Below the pieces are notes generated by a model. It was not told where the DNA came from. It saw nothing but the letters and a program-made list of their open reading frames with translations, and did not search any database. From an uncultured archaeon (lineage in GTDB: Archaea; Asgardarchaeota; Jordiarchaeia; Jordiarchaeales; Jordiarchaeaceae), in NCBI GenBank assembly GCA_964510585.1, contig CAZECW010000150.1, positions 1 through 32,000 of the forward strand: a stretch of 32,000 nucleotides of DNA, written 5' to 3'. The position numbers and the translations under genes were made by a program. This document shows positions 1 through 9,887 of the stretch, in pieces; the first letter of the stretch is position 1; every line of letters begins with the position of its first letter.

Positions 1-106
1 TGATGAGATAGACCTGGTTTCGAGAATGCCGGTATTCCATCTGTTGATACCCATAAATTCATCAACACACAAGCCTATAAGCCTTTTTGGCGATTCATCC
101 CCACGA

Positions 107-868
107 CTAAAGTCGGGGGCTTTCTCGCCAAGGGTTGTAAAAAATGGTTTCTCCACTCCCCTCCACTTCATAGTAGAGTTTTTTTGTATCAATTAGAAAA
201 ACCCCTTTAATGACTTGAAGATAGTTCTTAAGTTTATCCTGCTTTTCCTCCACTTTGAACTCAATCACCACATCCGCCAATTGGTTCATTATGGCTCTAA
301 ACTTTTTTTCATGGGCTTCCCAGTTTAAAAGGTAAAAGGCAATGTCCCTAAAGCTCTTATGGAAGCGGAATACCCTCCTACAGAATTTTACCAACTCCTC
401 TTCGGAAACACCGATGCTCATATCAGTTAAACTATCAAAAACCCACAGGGCAGACTTATTTTCACCCAGATCCTCCCTAACCTGTTTCATTGTCGAATAC
501 AGCCTATTTGGGTCAAAAGGATATTGAACTTGGTATATGACCCCACCATCAACCTTTTTTACAGTATCGCTTGCCTCTGTAAAACAATCAATAAGAGTGA
601 AAAGATTGTCTCTCTGAACTTTGGTATTCTCATCTATAAAAATGGATTTAACATTCGAACGATCAAGGAATTCTACAGCAGGTAGAGCAAAGTTTACAAG
701 TATAATGTGAGGGTTATCAATCTGTTTGGGGACGTTCCACCGAGTAAATTGGATAAGTGTCACACCCGTTTGGATAGATAATAGAACAATTGAGTTGGAG
801 AGTATGCCTCCGCCTAAACGTTCATCTAGTGCTGGTATGCCCGTGCTGATTTTTTTGATATCCCTCAT
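107..868 (-). CDS. KaiC/RAD55-like RecA-superfamily ATPase domain protein, probably inactive
   Basis: ISTGIPALDERLGGGI N-terminal motif, WVFDSLT Walker B-like motif, LADVVIEF...LQVIKG C-terminal motif; Walker A degenerate (SIQTGVTL instead of GxxGxGKT). Confidence 0.8.
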   Translation of the reverse strand: MRDIKKISTGIPALDERLGGGILSNSIVLLSIQTGVTLIQFTRWNVPKQIDNPHIILVNFALPAVEFLDRSNVKSIFIDENTKVQRDNLFTLIDCFTEASDTVKKVDGGVIYQVQYPFDPNRLYSTMKQVREDLGENKSALWVFDSLTDMSIGVSEEELVKFCRRVFRFHKSFRDIAFYLLNWEAHEKKFRAIMNQLADVVIEFKVEEKQDKLKNYLQVIKGVFLIDTKKLYYEVEGSGETIFYNPWRESPRL

Positions 869-997
869 AACTATTCCAACTCGGCAGTGGGGGTGCTGGT
901 TTGTGAAACTTGGTGTCCTTTAATAATTATTTAGGGAGAGTGGTTCTAATAGTTATCGTTCTTACTTTTTTGGTTAGTAACTTCCCAATAGGGTAAG

Positions 998-1005
998 TTT
1001 ATATA
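998..1005 (+). promoter_or_regulatory. Candidate TATA box for hsp20
   Basis: TTTATATA about 80 nt upstream of the ATG at 1086. Confidence 0.4.
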
Positions 1006-1085
1006 CTTCAATGTAGACTGAATATATTGGCATACAAAGTATTCCAAAACCCAATAAGCAAAACAAAAAAGGAAGAGGATAGAAA

Positions 1086-1664
1086 ATGGAAAAAAGAAGA
1101 AGGAGCATCTGGGATCTATTCGGGTTTGATGACTGGACTGAGTTTGACGAGATAATTCGAAGAATGTTGGAGAGCCTAGGAGAAGCAGTGGAGTCGGTAG
1201 AGTTTGGCGAAAAGTCATTTGTAATGCCCTTTGAAGGCCCAAACTATAAAGGATTCGTAAAATACGAATACTCTCATAAACCCCTAAATGTGCAGGAGGG
1301 GGAGTCAGAAGAACCCATAATCTTCAATGAATATCAGCCAGAATGGTTTGAAACAGAGCCACCAAGATCCACCCCAAGAAAAGCCAGACCCGAGAAACCA
1401 TCAGTGGTGGCTATTCCAGAAACGAGTAAAGATACACTGGTGGACGTAATAGATAACCCCCAAGAGTTACTTGTGGTTATGGAGGTTCCAGCAGCCAGCA
1501 AAGATGATATTAAACTTAACCTCACTGAGAGAAAACTGGAGGTAAGAACCGATTCTCCAGTAATGTTCTACAAAGTGATTCAACTGCCCTGCGAAGTAGA
1601 CTGTGATTCGGCTAAAGCTAACTTCAGAAACAGGATACTGGAAGTCCGGCTGAGAAAAAAGTAA
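1086..1664 (+). CDS. hsp20: Small heat shock protein, Hsp20/alpha-crystallin family
   Basis: C-terminal LVDVID...VVMEVPA..KDDIKL...FYKVIQLP..VD...AKANFRNRILEVRLRKK is typical of archaeal Hsp20. Confidence 0.9.
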   Translation: MEKRRRSIWDLFGFDDWTEFDEIIRRMLESLGEAVESVEFGEKSFVMPFEGPNYKGFVKYEYSHKPLNVQEGESEEPIIFNEYQPEWFETEPPRSTPRKARPEKPSVVAIPETSKDTLVDVIDNPQELLVVMEVPAASKDDIKLNLTERKLEVRTDSPVMFYKVIQLPCEVDCDSAKANFRNRILEVRLRKK

Positions 1665-1691
1665 TAGTTAACCCTTTTTGAATCAATTTTA

Positions 1692-2459
1692 TTGGAGGTA
1701 AAGGAGGGCATAACCGGGAAAATGTTTGAATCTTCAAGCACCGAGGTTCCAATAAATGTTAAGAGAGGGGAAACTGATTACTCCCAATATGTAGAATTTA
1801 TCGGAACAGCCCACTTCAGTAAAACTAGCATTATGGAAGTCATGGAGAGGGTAAGGGAACTCAAGCCCGACGCGGTGGCTCTGGAGCTGTGCCCTCTTCG
1901 ATACTATAGTCTGCAGCGGGTATGTTTAAGTTGTCCCAAAAGAGGAAACTGTGATCGCAAGTGTGAATTCATTATTTCAACTGATCATCTGGCTAACAAG
2001 GATACCGATATCTGGCTTATTGACATGGAAGAACCTGAAATTCTTGCTCGAATAAGAAGTATGGCCACCGAGAGAGAGGTTAGAAATTGGCTTAGGGCTT
2101 CAAGGTATGTGAGATCCAATGAGCTTGAGGGATTACAACTCTGGGAGGAGGGACGCAAAGAGGAGGCAATGCATATTTTCGACTCAAACACCGAAATAAT
2201 GAGGAAAACGTTTCCAAGCCTGTGGAATGTTCTCATCGAACAGAGAAACGCACTTATGGCGGCAAGAATTCACTACATTATTAAAACTTACCTGGATAAA
2301 GGCCTGAAAAACTTCAAAATCCTCGTTGTAACGGGTGCCGCGCATGTTCCGGGTCTAAAAGAAATGCTCCAAAATCCGGAGCTTTCCTTCGAAATTATGA
2401 GGAAATACCGAATAAAACCTACTCCTCCGTTCCGAATCAGGAGAGTTAGAGTAGACTAA
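1692..2459 (+). CDS. TraB/PrgY/GumN-family protein (start may be ATG 1722)
   Basis: IGTAHFS, KPDAVALELCxxRY, LIEQRNALMAARI and VVTGAAHVPG motifs. Confidence 0.8.
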   Translation: MEVKEGITGKMFESSSTEVPINVKRGETDYSQYVEFIGTAHFSKTSIMEVMERVRELKPDAVALELCPLRYYSLQRVCLSCPKRGNCDRKCEFIISTDHLANKDTDIWLIDMEEPEILARIRSMATEREVRNWLRASRYVRSNELEGLQLWEEGRKEEAMHIFDSNTEIMRKTFPSLWNVLIEQRNALMAARIHYIIKTYLDKGLKNFKILVVTGAAHVPGLKEMLQNPELSFEIMRKYRIKPTPPFRIRRVRVD

Positions 2460-2643
2460 CTCCTCTTTTTTTGGCGTTTTTAGCCCTAAATAGGTCTTTA
2501 ACTCTCCTGTATTTGGAAGCATTATACTTTCAAGTTTCGATGAGTACTTTATAGACAATTTATCTCTTTTTTTTGTTTTTATAAAGAAAAAGCTTTTATT
2601 ATAGGCACTCTCCAAATAAACAAGATGACAGGAGGAGAGCTTG

Positions 2644-3189
2644 ATGAATTACTGGTTTAGCTGGGGGCCAGTGTCACTGACCTATGTAACATTGGAGCTG
2701 GAAATAGATAAAATTCCCGACCTGAACCCTCCAAGTGACGTGAAGGTGAGAAGGTACGACCCCGAGAAAGACGCACAGACTCTAGCCATGCTACATAATG
2801 AGACCATGAAGGAGTTTCGAGATTTCGCCGAAATAACACAGGACTTCTTAAAAAAAGTGAGCACCGAGTGTTCCTTCATTGCAGAAATTAACGGCACCCC
2901 AGTAGGAATGGGCCTATGCACCGTGGCAGACACAAAGAAAGGCCGCCTCGGCTATATAGCAGAGTTTGGAGTAATAAAGAAGTATCGAAGAAGAGGCGTG
3001 GGAACCGCCCTTCTCAAACACATTCTTAACTGCTTTAAAGCCCACAAGGTGGACATAGTAACCTGTGAAGTTTTGGATGAAAACGATTTAACCCTGCTAA
3101 TTTTAAGGGATAAACTCGGATTTAGAGAGGTTGAAAGAACAACTATAATATCCTCTGGGGTACCTCCTGGATTATTCGGTCAAAGATGA
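2644..3189 (+). CDS. GNAT family N-acetyltransferase
   Basis: GVIKKYRRRGVGTALL acetyl-CoA motif A, ENDxxxxxxxDKLGF motif B; SD GGAGGAG at 2631-2637. Confidence 0.85.
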   Translation: MNYWFSWGPVSLTYVTLELEIDKIPDLNPPSDVKVRRYDPEKDAQTLAMLHNETMKEFRDFAEITQDFLKKVSTECSFIAEINGTPVGMGLCTVADTKKGRLGYIAEFGVIKKYRRRGVGTALLKHILNCFKAHKVDIVTCEVLDENDLTLLILRDKLGFREVERTTIISSGVPPGLFGQR

Positions 3190-3686
3190 AAGGGGAAACT
3201 GTTATGAGCTCCTATGGAGGAGGCGAAATATACTATTACATGTCACACGACCTAAAAAACCTACCACTAGAATACATAAACAAGAATGTTAAAGTGAGAT
3301 ACCTTAAAAAAAATGAACTCCCCGAATACGTAAACCTAGTAAACGAATCCCTAAGCCACGGCCCAGACCCCTTCGTAGAAATGACCATGGACTTCGCTGA
3401 GAAGTGGCCTCTAGAACAAACGCTCATCGCGGAGTACAATGGCGAAATGGCCGGCTTCCTGATGTTTGAAACTCGAGGAAAAACCGGAATACCAGTTCAA
3501 TTAGGGGTTTCCCCAAAATACCGTCGACTGGGCATAGGAACCACCCTACTATTAACCCTCCTAGACAAATTCAAAAAAGACGGAATAAAAGAAGTCCAGA
3601 TGAAAGTATACGAAAATAATATCCCAGCCCGGAACCTTTACAAAAAACTAAACTTCAAAATTTACGGCATCGTAATAGAACACTAA
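3186..3686 (+). CDS. GNAT family N-acetyltransferase (start may be ATG 3204)
   Basis: GVSPKYRRLGIGTTLL and VYENNIPARNLYKKLNF motifs. Confidence 0.88.
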   Translation: MKGETVMSSYGGGEIYYYMSHDLKNLPLEYINKNVKVRYLKKNELPEYVNLVNESLSHGPDPFVEMTMDFAEKWPLEQTLIAEYNGEMAGFLMFETRGKTGIPVQLGVSPKYRRLGIGTTLLLTLLDKFKKDGIKEVQMKVYENNIPARNLYKKLNFKIYGIVIEH

Positions 3687-3877
3687 CCAAAACATTTTCA
3701 ATCAGCTAATGCCGAAAGCATTTTTCTTTTCTAAAAAAGGGCTCGTGGGTGTATTTTTTGTATAAACTCTTAAATATAACTTATTTATTATTGGAGCTAA
3801 AGGCTGGAAGTACCATTGTTATGTCCATAATGTTTAATAAAAACAATTAATCCAGCTGATAACCATTTTGTGAGGTT

Positions 3878-4933
3878 ATGAATGTGATTCCGAAAATGGT
3901 GAAGAACGCTTTTTGGAACAGCATAGAGTTTGCAGAGCGAAAACAAATAAAAACCATACAGGAGTCAAAGCTTAGGACCCAACTAAACCATGTTTACTGG
4001 AACTCCCCCTTCTACCAGAAAAAAATGCGTAATAGTATAAATAGAGTTAACAAGCCAGAAGACCTCAAACATATTCCAGTCACAACCCGAGCCGAACTTG
4101 AGGAGGACGTGGAAGCCACCAAAGACATTTTTGGAGGAAGGCTATGCACAACAATGGACAAAATCCTTTACCCTATAAGCCCTCCCGAATTCCCCATAAA
4201 AGGTGCTCCTGTAGGAACCGCGATAACTAATTCGGATCATGCAGTAGTGGTAGAACACCTAATTCGGCAGTGCATAATGGTGGGAATTAAAAACGGGGAC
4301 ACAATTCAAGTCCAATGCAATGGGTGGGAACCCCTAAACTTCGCATATTTCTCTCCAATGTTTGGGGCTGCAACTCCTCCAAATGTTGGTGAAATACTAG
4401 AACTAAACGTGATTCCCTTGGAAATAATCGTTGTGGATATGGCAAGAACCATACATACTGCTCGGTTCTTTCAACCTACCGCAGTGTACACTAATAAGGC
4501 TGCCTTAATGTTTATGGAGGACATAATAAACAAAGAAAAGGGCAACCCTAAACAGTTAGGCTACCAACAAATAATTGTGAGAGAAGACAAAGTTACGCCA
4601 AGCGCTACAGAGAGAAAAACCCTTACGGATAAATGGGGAGCTGAAGTGTACTCAATGCTGGACGTCCAAGACAACCTATTTTACGCTATGGATTGTCCAG
4701 AGCACAAGGGACTACATGTCTGGGAGGATGGATTCATAGTAGAAATCACCGATAAGGAAACAGGCGAACCACTTGAACCAGAAGAAAAGGGAATGCTAAC
4801 TATAACAAACCTATTCGCTGAAGCAACTCCCCTAATAAGATACCAGACAGACATCGAGGCCACACTAACATTCGAAAAATGCCCTTGTGGGAGAACACAT
4901 GCCCGAATAATTCCACCAAACTACAATTTATAG
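3878..4933 (+). CDS. Phenylacetate-CoA ligase (PaaK)-like protein, short and degenerate
   Basis: SPFYQKK, IPVTTRAEL, CPEHKGLHVWED, GMLTITNL...PLIRY, CPCGRTH; lacks the SSGTTG P-loop and the C-terminal domain. Confidence 0.8.
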   Translation: MNVIPKMVKNAFWNSIEFAERKQIKTIQESKLRTQLNHVYWNSPFYQKKMRNSINRVNKPEDLKHIPVTTRAELEEDVEATKDIFGGRLCTTMDKILYPISPPEFPIKGAPVGTAITNSDHAVVVEHLIRQCIMVGIKNGDTIQVQCNGWEPLNFAYFSPMFGAATPPNVGEILELNVIPLEIIVVDMARTIHTARFFQPTAVYTNKAALMFMEDIINKEKGNPKQLGYQQIIVREDKVTPSATERKTLTDKWGAEVYSMLDVQDNLFYAMDCPEHKGLHVWEDGFIVEITDKETGEPLEPEEKGMLTITNLFAEATPLIRYQTDIEATLTFEKCPCGRTHARIIPPNYNL

Positions 4934-4946
4934 GAGGAAACTAAAA

Positions 4947-6296
4947 GTGGAAAGCTACAAACAATATTGGAACCCCAACATAGAAACAATGCCCAAAGAG
5001 GACCTAAAACGGCTCCAACTAAAACGACTAATTTCACAGGTAGACTACGTCTACAAGAACTCACAATTTTACCACAAATTATACAGTCAAGCAGGCGTGA
5101 CACCAGAAGACATAAAATCCTTGGAAGACTACCAAAAAAGAATACCCATAATCCAAAAAGATGACATAAGAAAAGATGTGTCGCCAGAGAATCCATTCGG
5201 AGGGGTGAACTGTGTACCACCCAAAAAACTAATGATTTGGGTATCAACAGGAACATCTGGAGTACCTACCTTCGGGGGACGAACCAGAGAAGACTTAATC
5301 ATTATGATAGAGAATCTTTCCCGTTCATTCTGGGCGACTGGCTTTAGACCGGGAACAAAAGTTATTCAGCAATTTGGAAACTGGCACTGGTCACCTTCCA
5401 ACTTGGTGGTAGCCTGTAACCGGATGGGAGTAAAACAGATGATGGTCATTGGTGCTTCGATTGGTCCCTTCGCTCAGAGAGCAGCTGTTCTAACCAAATA
5501 CTTTAAGCCAGACTTTCTAGTTTTGCCAGCAACTTTCACACAACTTATGATTCAGGAGACGATCAAGATGGGTGAAGAGCCCACGGAGCTTTTCTCAGGC
5601 ATCAAGAAGATTCTGGTTAGTGCCGAGGTGCTAACGCCTTTGACAAGGAAGAGGCTTAAGGAACGGGCTTTCTGCAATGCTGAGGTTCACTTCTACGCTG
5701 GAGGCGGAGAATCTCAGGTTTGGCCTGTGGACAGCTGTTACCCTGAGTGTGAAGGCGGACACCTTTGGGAGGACTTGGTTCTCTCGGAGCTGATCGATCC
5801 CGAAACCCGAGAGTTGATTCCAGGCGCTGAGCGGGGTGAGCAAGTGACCACAAATATTGCAACAAAGGGTACACCATATGTGAGGTTCGACATGGAGGAT
5901 CTGGTGGACATGTACTATGATCCCTGCGTTTGTGGAAGGACACATCCTAGAATTACAATAGTTGAGCGTGCAGATTGGCAGATTAAAGTCGCAGGAAAAA
6001 CCATTGTGCCTTTTGATGTGCGCACCATTTTTGAGGAATTTCCAGAAACCGAGGAGGCAATTTTCAAAATCCAGAAATACTCCCAAAAAATGGATAAGCT
6101 AAAAATTGTAGCAGAATATGATAGAAAAAAGACTAAAGACCGCAAAGAACTCCGAGAACGTTTACGCCAGAGAATTAAAGAAAAGTTAGGTTTAGAATCA
6201 GAAATTGAGTGGGGACAAGTTGTGATTCCCTCCATGGATCAGGTGACACATAAAATTGTGCGAATAGAGGATTTAACAAAGGAAAAGAAAGAGTAA
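4947..6296 (+). CDS. Phenylacetate-CoA ligase (PaaK) family AMP-forming CoA ligase
   Basis: YWNPNIETMP, STGTSGVP P-loop, GGHLWED, CVCGRTHPRI, complete C-terminal domain; SD AGGAGG. Confidence 0.88.
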   Translation: MESYKQYWNPNIETMPKEDLKRLQLKRLISQVDYVYKNSQFYHKLYSQAGVTPEDIKSLEDYQKRIPIIQKDDIRKDVSPENPFGGVNCVPPKKLMIWVSTGTSGVPTFGGRTREDLIIMIENLSRSFWATGFRPGTKVIQQFGNWHWSPSNLVVACNRMGVKQMMVIGASIGPFAQRAAVLTKYFKPDFLVLPATFTQLMIQETIKMGEEPTELFSGIKKILVSAEVLTPLTRKRLKERAFCNAEVHFYAGGGESQVWPVDSCYPECEGGHLWEDLVLSELIDPETRELIPGAERGEQVTTNIATKGTPYVRFDMEDLVDMYYDPCVCGRTHPRITIVERADWQIKVAGKTIVPFDVRTIFEEFPETEEAIFKIQKYSQKMDKLKIVAEYDRKKTKDRKELRERLRQRIKEKLGLESEIEWGQVVIPSMDQVTHKIVRIEDLTKEKKE

Positions 6297-6347
6297 GTAA
6301 TAAAAATTTTTGGACATAGTTCAAAATTTTCATTTATATTCTGGAGT

Positions 6348-7271
6348 GTGGTGACCTTGGTCATAGATTGCCTAGTCTTCCCCCCAACATTGGAGTGTAT
6401 GAAGTATAATTTGGAAATACCCCGCGTTCAGTACGGCTACATGATACTCTTTGGAAAAAGGTTTTTGGGCGAAGACTTTACTGTTCCAAGAAACATTGAC
6501 GATATTGCTAAACTCCAGTATCCCTTCAAGGCAGAGGATATGGTTATGCCCATGGAAAAATTTGTAGAGATGTTGGACAGCTTGGGCATCGATCACTGTG
6601 TTCTATTTGCTATGGATGAAGAAACCAACACTGGGAAACCAGTTCTAAATGACCACATAGCGCAGCTAGTGAGGGAGTACCCGGACAAGTTTAAGGGTTT
6701 TGGAGGTGCAGACCCCCACAAGGGCAAAAGGGCTGTGGAGCAAGTAGAAAAAGCATACAATGACGGCCTAATAGGCATAGCAATGAGACCCTTCATTCAT
6801 AATCTCTACTCCAGCAGCAAAAAGTACTACCCCATATACTCCAAGTGTGACGAGCTGGACATGATAGTCTGGTTACATACCTCTATGAACTGGTCACACA
6901 TAAGGAGAATGGATCTCGGCCGCCCCCTATACCTAGATAGGGTGTGTCTGGATTTTCCAGAGCTAAGAATAATTGCTGGACACGCGGGGTGGCCTTGGGT
7001 TACTGAGCTTATGGGTGTACTGTGGCGTCACCCCAACGTCTACACTGACATTACAACCATAAACCCAAAATATATTGGTATGCCAGGTACAGGCTGGGAG
7101 CCTCTAATAACATATGGCAACACTCTACTCCAGGACAGGGTACTATTCGGAACCTCATGGCCATTAATGCCCTTCGACCTATGTATCGAAGAAGTGAAAA
7201 AGCTTCCCCTCAAGGACTCAGTAAAGGAAAAATGGCTGCACAAGAATTCTGAGCGCCTATTTGGATTCTAA
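6348..7271 (+). CDS. Amidohydrolase_2 family protein (TIM-barrel metallohydrolase/decarboxylase)
   Basis: NDHIAQLVREYPDKF, YYPIYSKC, DFPELRIIAGHAGWPW, HPNVYTD, DRVLFGTSWP. Confidence 0.9.
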   Translation: MVTLVIDCLVFPPTLECMKYNLEIPRVQYGYMILFGKRFLGEDFTVPRNIDDIAKLQYPFKAEDMVMPMEKFVEMLDSLGIDHCVLFAMDEETNTGKPVLNDHIAQLVREYPDKFKGFGGADPHKGKRAVEQVEKAYNDGLIGIAMRPFIHNLYSSSKKYYPIYSKCDELDMIVWLHTSMNWSHIRRMDLGRPLYLDRVCLDFPELRIIAGHAGWPWVTELMGVLWRHPNVYTDITTINPKYIGMPGTGWEPLITYGNTLLQDRVLFGTSWPLMPFDLCIEEVKKLPLKDSVKEKWLHKNSERLFGF

Positions 7272-7369
7272 TCTCCACCCACTCACAACCAAAACTTTTA
7301 CTTTTTACTTCTCCCCCTTTAGAAACAGTAATAAGTACATTCTATGTGTTTTTATTAGTTGGAGGTGAA

Positions 7370-7669
7370 TTGGAGGCGTATCGTATTATAGTTACTGTTA
7401 AAGAGGTCAAAGGTCACTGTGGAATTCACAAGGTTGGAGACCGCTTCATTGTGGAGGAGGGTCAAAACCTCTCTCTTGACACCGCAAAAAGCCTTTGCAT
7501 CTATGCGCTGGCCGGCTTAATTCCCCTCTTTCCCGCCCTATCTAAAGACTTGCCTAAGGACGACTGGATGAGTGCAGAAACCCAATACATACAGTGCATA
7601 GATCCTGGTCCCCAGTATGGCGGCGGTGGCACAGTCATATTTGAAATCAAGAGAGAAAAAGCGACCTAA
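7370..7669 (+). CDS. TIGR04076 family small Cys-containing protein
   Basis: VKEVKGHCGIHKVGDRF, LCIYAL, QCIDPGPQYGGGGTVIFEIKR; TTG start after GGAGGTG. Confidence 0.85.
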   Translation: MEAYRIIVTVKEVKGHCGIHKVGDRFIVEEGQNLSLDTAKSLCIYALAGLIPLFPALSKDLPKDDWMSAETQYIQCIDPGPQYGGGGTVIFEIKREKAT

Positions 7670-7730
7670 CCACTAATTTTTGTTTTCTGAAGACTTTCTT
7701 TTTCCCCTTCTTACCGCCACCTTATTTTTT

Positions 7731-7908
7731 TCAGGTTATGGTTTTGGGTGTCTCTGTGGGTAGCTTTATAGTGTTTTCCACATCCCTTCAGATCCACCAC
7801 CTCTACGGGTGAGTGGGTGTATCTGGGTGTATCTTAAGGGTACACACAAGGGGGCAGGTGGCGACTCCTTCGCGGGCGAGCTGTACTGCAGCTCCATCTG
7901 TGGAGCCC
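7731..7908 (-). pseudogene. Decayed duplicate of the 3' end of the M42 peptidase gene (direct repeat of 14440-14605)
   Basis: Near-identical to 14440-14605 apart from a few substitutions, two 1-nt insertions and a 10-nt tandem duplication (tgggtgtatc); encodes GSTDGAAVQLAREGVATCP and then frameshifts to a stop. Confidence 0.95.
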
Positions 7909-8387
7909 GGAGTCCGTCACTTAGGGAACCTCCAGCCCTTCAGCCATATGGAATGTGGTCGGTTTTCTAACTTTAGATCACAGAGGAATCTGAGTATCTT
8001 ACGAATGTTTTGTTGCTTCCCCTTGGAAAAAATTCTGGGTTTGAATTCTCCTTCTGGGAGAGGAGGGCTTCTGAAGGATTTCTCCAAATGTGGATGGGGG
8101 GTGACCGACCCCTAAAACTTTGAAATAATATGCTCCTTCTTGGGGTTGCTGAAGGATAACCCTGAATTCCCCCGCCAGCTTGGTGAACTGTTCTAAGGGG
8201 CGGTTCGCTTAACCAATCTCTGAAACAAAACACCCGCATATTTACAGGGAAAGGCTTCCGCATCAAAACTACAAAAGGCGCTAGAAGTGAAGGAATAAGT
8301 TGGCAATGATAATAATTCAATCAAAAACTTAAAATATTTAATTATTTCCACTATTAAAAAATAAAGCGATTTTTAATAGCTCTACGG

Positions 8388-9887
8388 GTGGTGCCTTTAA
8401 TGGAAGTAAACATAAGAGGCGAATATGATGTAATAATTTTAGGCGGTGGCGTTACAGGCCTTATTTTAGGAAATATCTTGCAAAAAAACGGTTTTTCCAC
8501 TCTAATTGTGGAGAAGATGCCTAAACCAGGTGGTAAATGTTGTGAACTAAACTGGCATGGCGTAAAATTCGACAATTTTGGCAAATGGGATACGGTATAT
8601 GGAACAAGTAATCCGAAGGAAAGTTCTTTCTATCGTGCATGTAAGGAAGCGGGTCTGGATCTCAAGTTTAAACTGGTGCCTTGGAGAGTGGGTTTCCTCA
8701 AGAAGGAAGCTACTAAGCCTGAATATTTGTCAATTGATGACTGGAAGGGGGGCAAGGCAATGTTAGACTTTGCTAAAAAGATGACGGGAATAGAACTAAC
8801 CGAGTCGCAAAAACTAGAATTCACGCAAACACTTGAGAAGATGCAATCCTATTCTGAAGAAGAACTGACGAAAATGACTCATCTCAGTTTAAAAGAATGG
8901 CTAGATCAAAATGTTAAAGACGAACTGGTAAAGCAGTTTTTTAATCTGGGATGTATTGTAACAGATACTTCACCTGAAGAATATGGTTTTCCTCACAGCG
9001 CTTGGACAACAGGAAACTTAATACAGGGGAAGTTTGTTTATGTAACTGTTGTTGGAGGGTCTCTGTTTAAAACATTGATAACACCTCTGGTTGAGGCAGC
9101 CCAAAAAAAAGGTGCGGATATTCTAACCAACTACACTGCACAAGAAATCGTAATTAAAAACAACTCCGTGGATAGCGTCTGGATTATGGATAACTCGACG
9201 CTTTTAAACTATAAAATCAAGGCAAAAAATGTTATTGTTAATGTACCGCTTTACGACGCTTATCCCCGATTGTTAAAGGACGAAATGTTAAGCAATGACG
9301 AGTTAAAATATATTAAGCGACTTATACAAACATATACAAACGACCTATCATGCTACTTCATATTGAAAAAGGGCACACTAGAAGATCTTCCCGGACATTT
9401 CCACTGCTTCGATGTTACTTCAGGCATCCCCATTTACATCGGTGAAATCGTCCAGCAAAAGGTATTTGGAGCCATCGTACCTGATAAGTACGATTATCTC
9501 CAGATTTACATCCCTGGAGGGCGAGCGGGAGGCTACCTGATGTATGAAGGTGACCCAAACAAGGTTTCCTACGAAAAGCTGGAAGAAATCAAAAATAAAG
9601 TTCTTGAAATCGTCAATAAATGGATGATACCCGGCTTCAAAGATAATATTCTCTACTCAGCAATTACTTGGTCGCCTAATTTCGGCAGATACTGCCAGAT
9701 GGCATTCCCCACAAATGTTGAAACAAAATCAAAGAAAATCAAAGGCCTTTATTTTGCAAGCGATACAGTCGACATCACTTGTATAGGCAAACTTGGCATA
9801 GAAAGATGCGGCGAAGTCGCCCTAAGATGCACAAAAACATTCCTAGAGGATAATAAAGAACCAAAAAGGTACAATAAGCCGAATTAA
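8388..9887 (+). CDS. FAD/NAD(P)-dependent oxidoreductase, phytoene-dehydrogenase-like (start may be ATG 8400)
   Basis: YDVIILGGGVTGL...LIVEKMPKPGGKC dinucleotide-binding fold; C-terminal IKGLYFASD motif. Confidence 0.8.
   Translation: MVPLMEVNIRGEYDVIILGGGVTGLILGNILQKNGFSTLIVEKMPKPGGKCCELNWHGVKFDNFGKWDTVYGTSNPKESSFYRACKEAGLDLKFKLVPWRVGFLKKEATKPEYLSIDDWKGGKAMLDFAKKMTGIELTESQKLEFTQTLEKMQSYSEEELTKMTHLSLKEWLDQNVKDELVKQFFNLGCIVTDTSPEEYGFPHSAWTTGNLIQGKFVYVTVVGGSLFKTLITPLVEAAQKKGADILTNYTAQEIVIKNNSVDSVWIMDNSTLLNYKIKAKNVIVNVPLYDAYPRLLKDEMLSNDELKYIKRLIQTYTNDLSCYFILKKGTLEDLPGHFHCFDVTSGIPIYIGEIVQQKVFGAIVPDKYDYLQIYIPGGRAGGYLMYEGDPNKVSYEKLEEIKNKVLEIVNKWMIPGFKDNILYSAITWSPNFGRYCQMAFPTNVETKSKKIKGLYFASDTVDITCIGKLGIERCGEVALRCTKTFLEDNKEPKRYNKPN

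Noticed and set aside
1..62. Possible minus-strand gene start (MNLWVSTDGIPAFSKPGLSH) at the window edge
   Set aside because: Only 20 codons visible and no recognisable motif
7813..8320. ORFs 7813-8115 (+) and 7973-8320 (-)
   Set aside because: They overlap the decayed M42 duplicate and flanking degenerate DNA; no SD and no recognisable family
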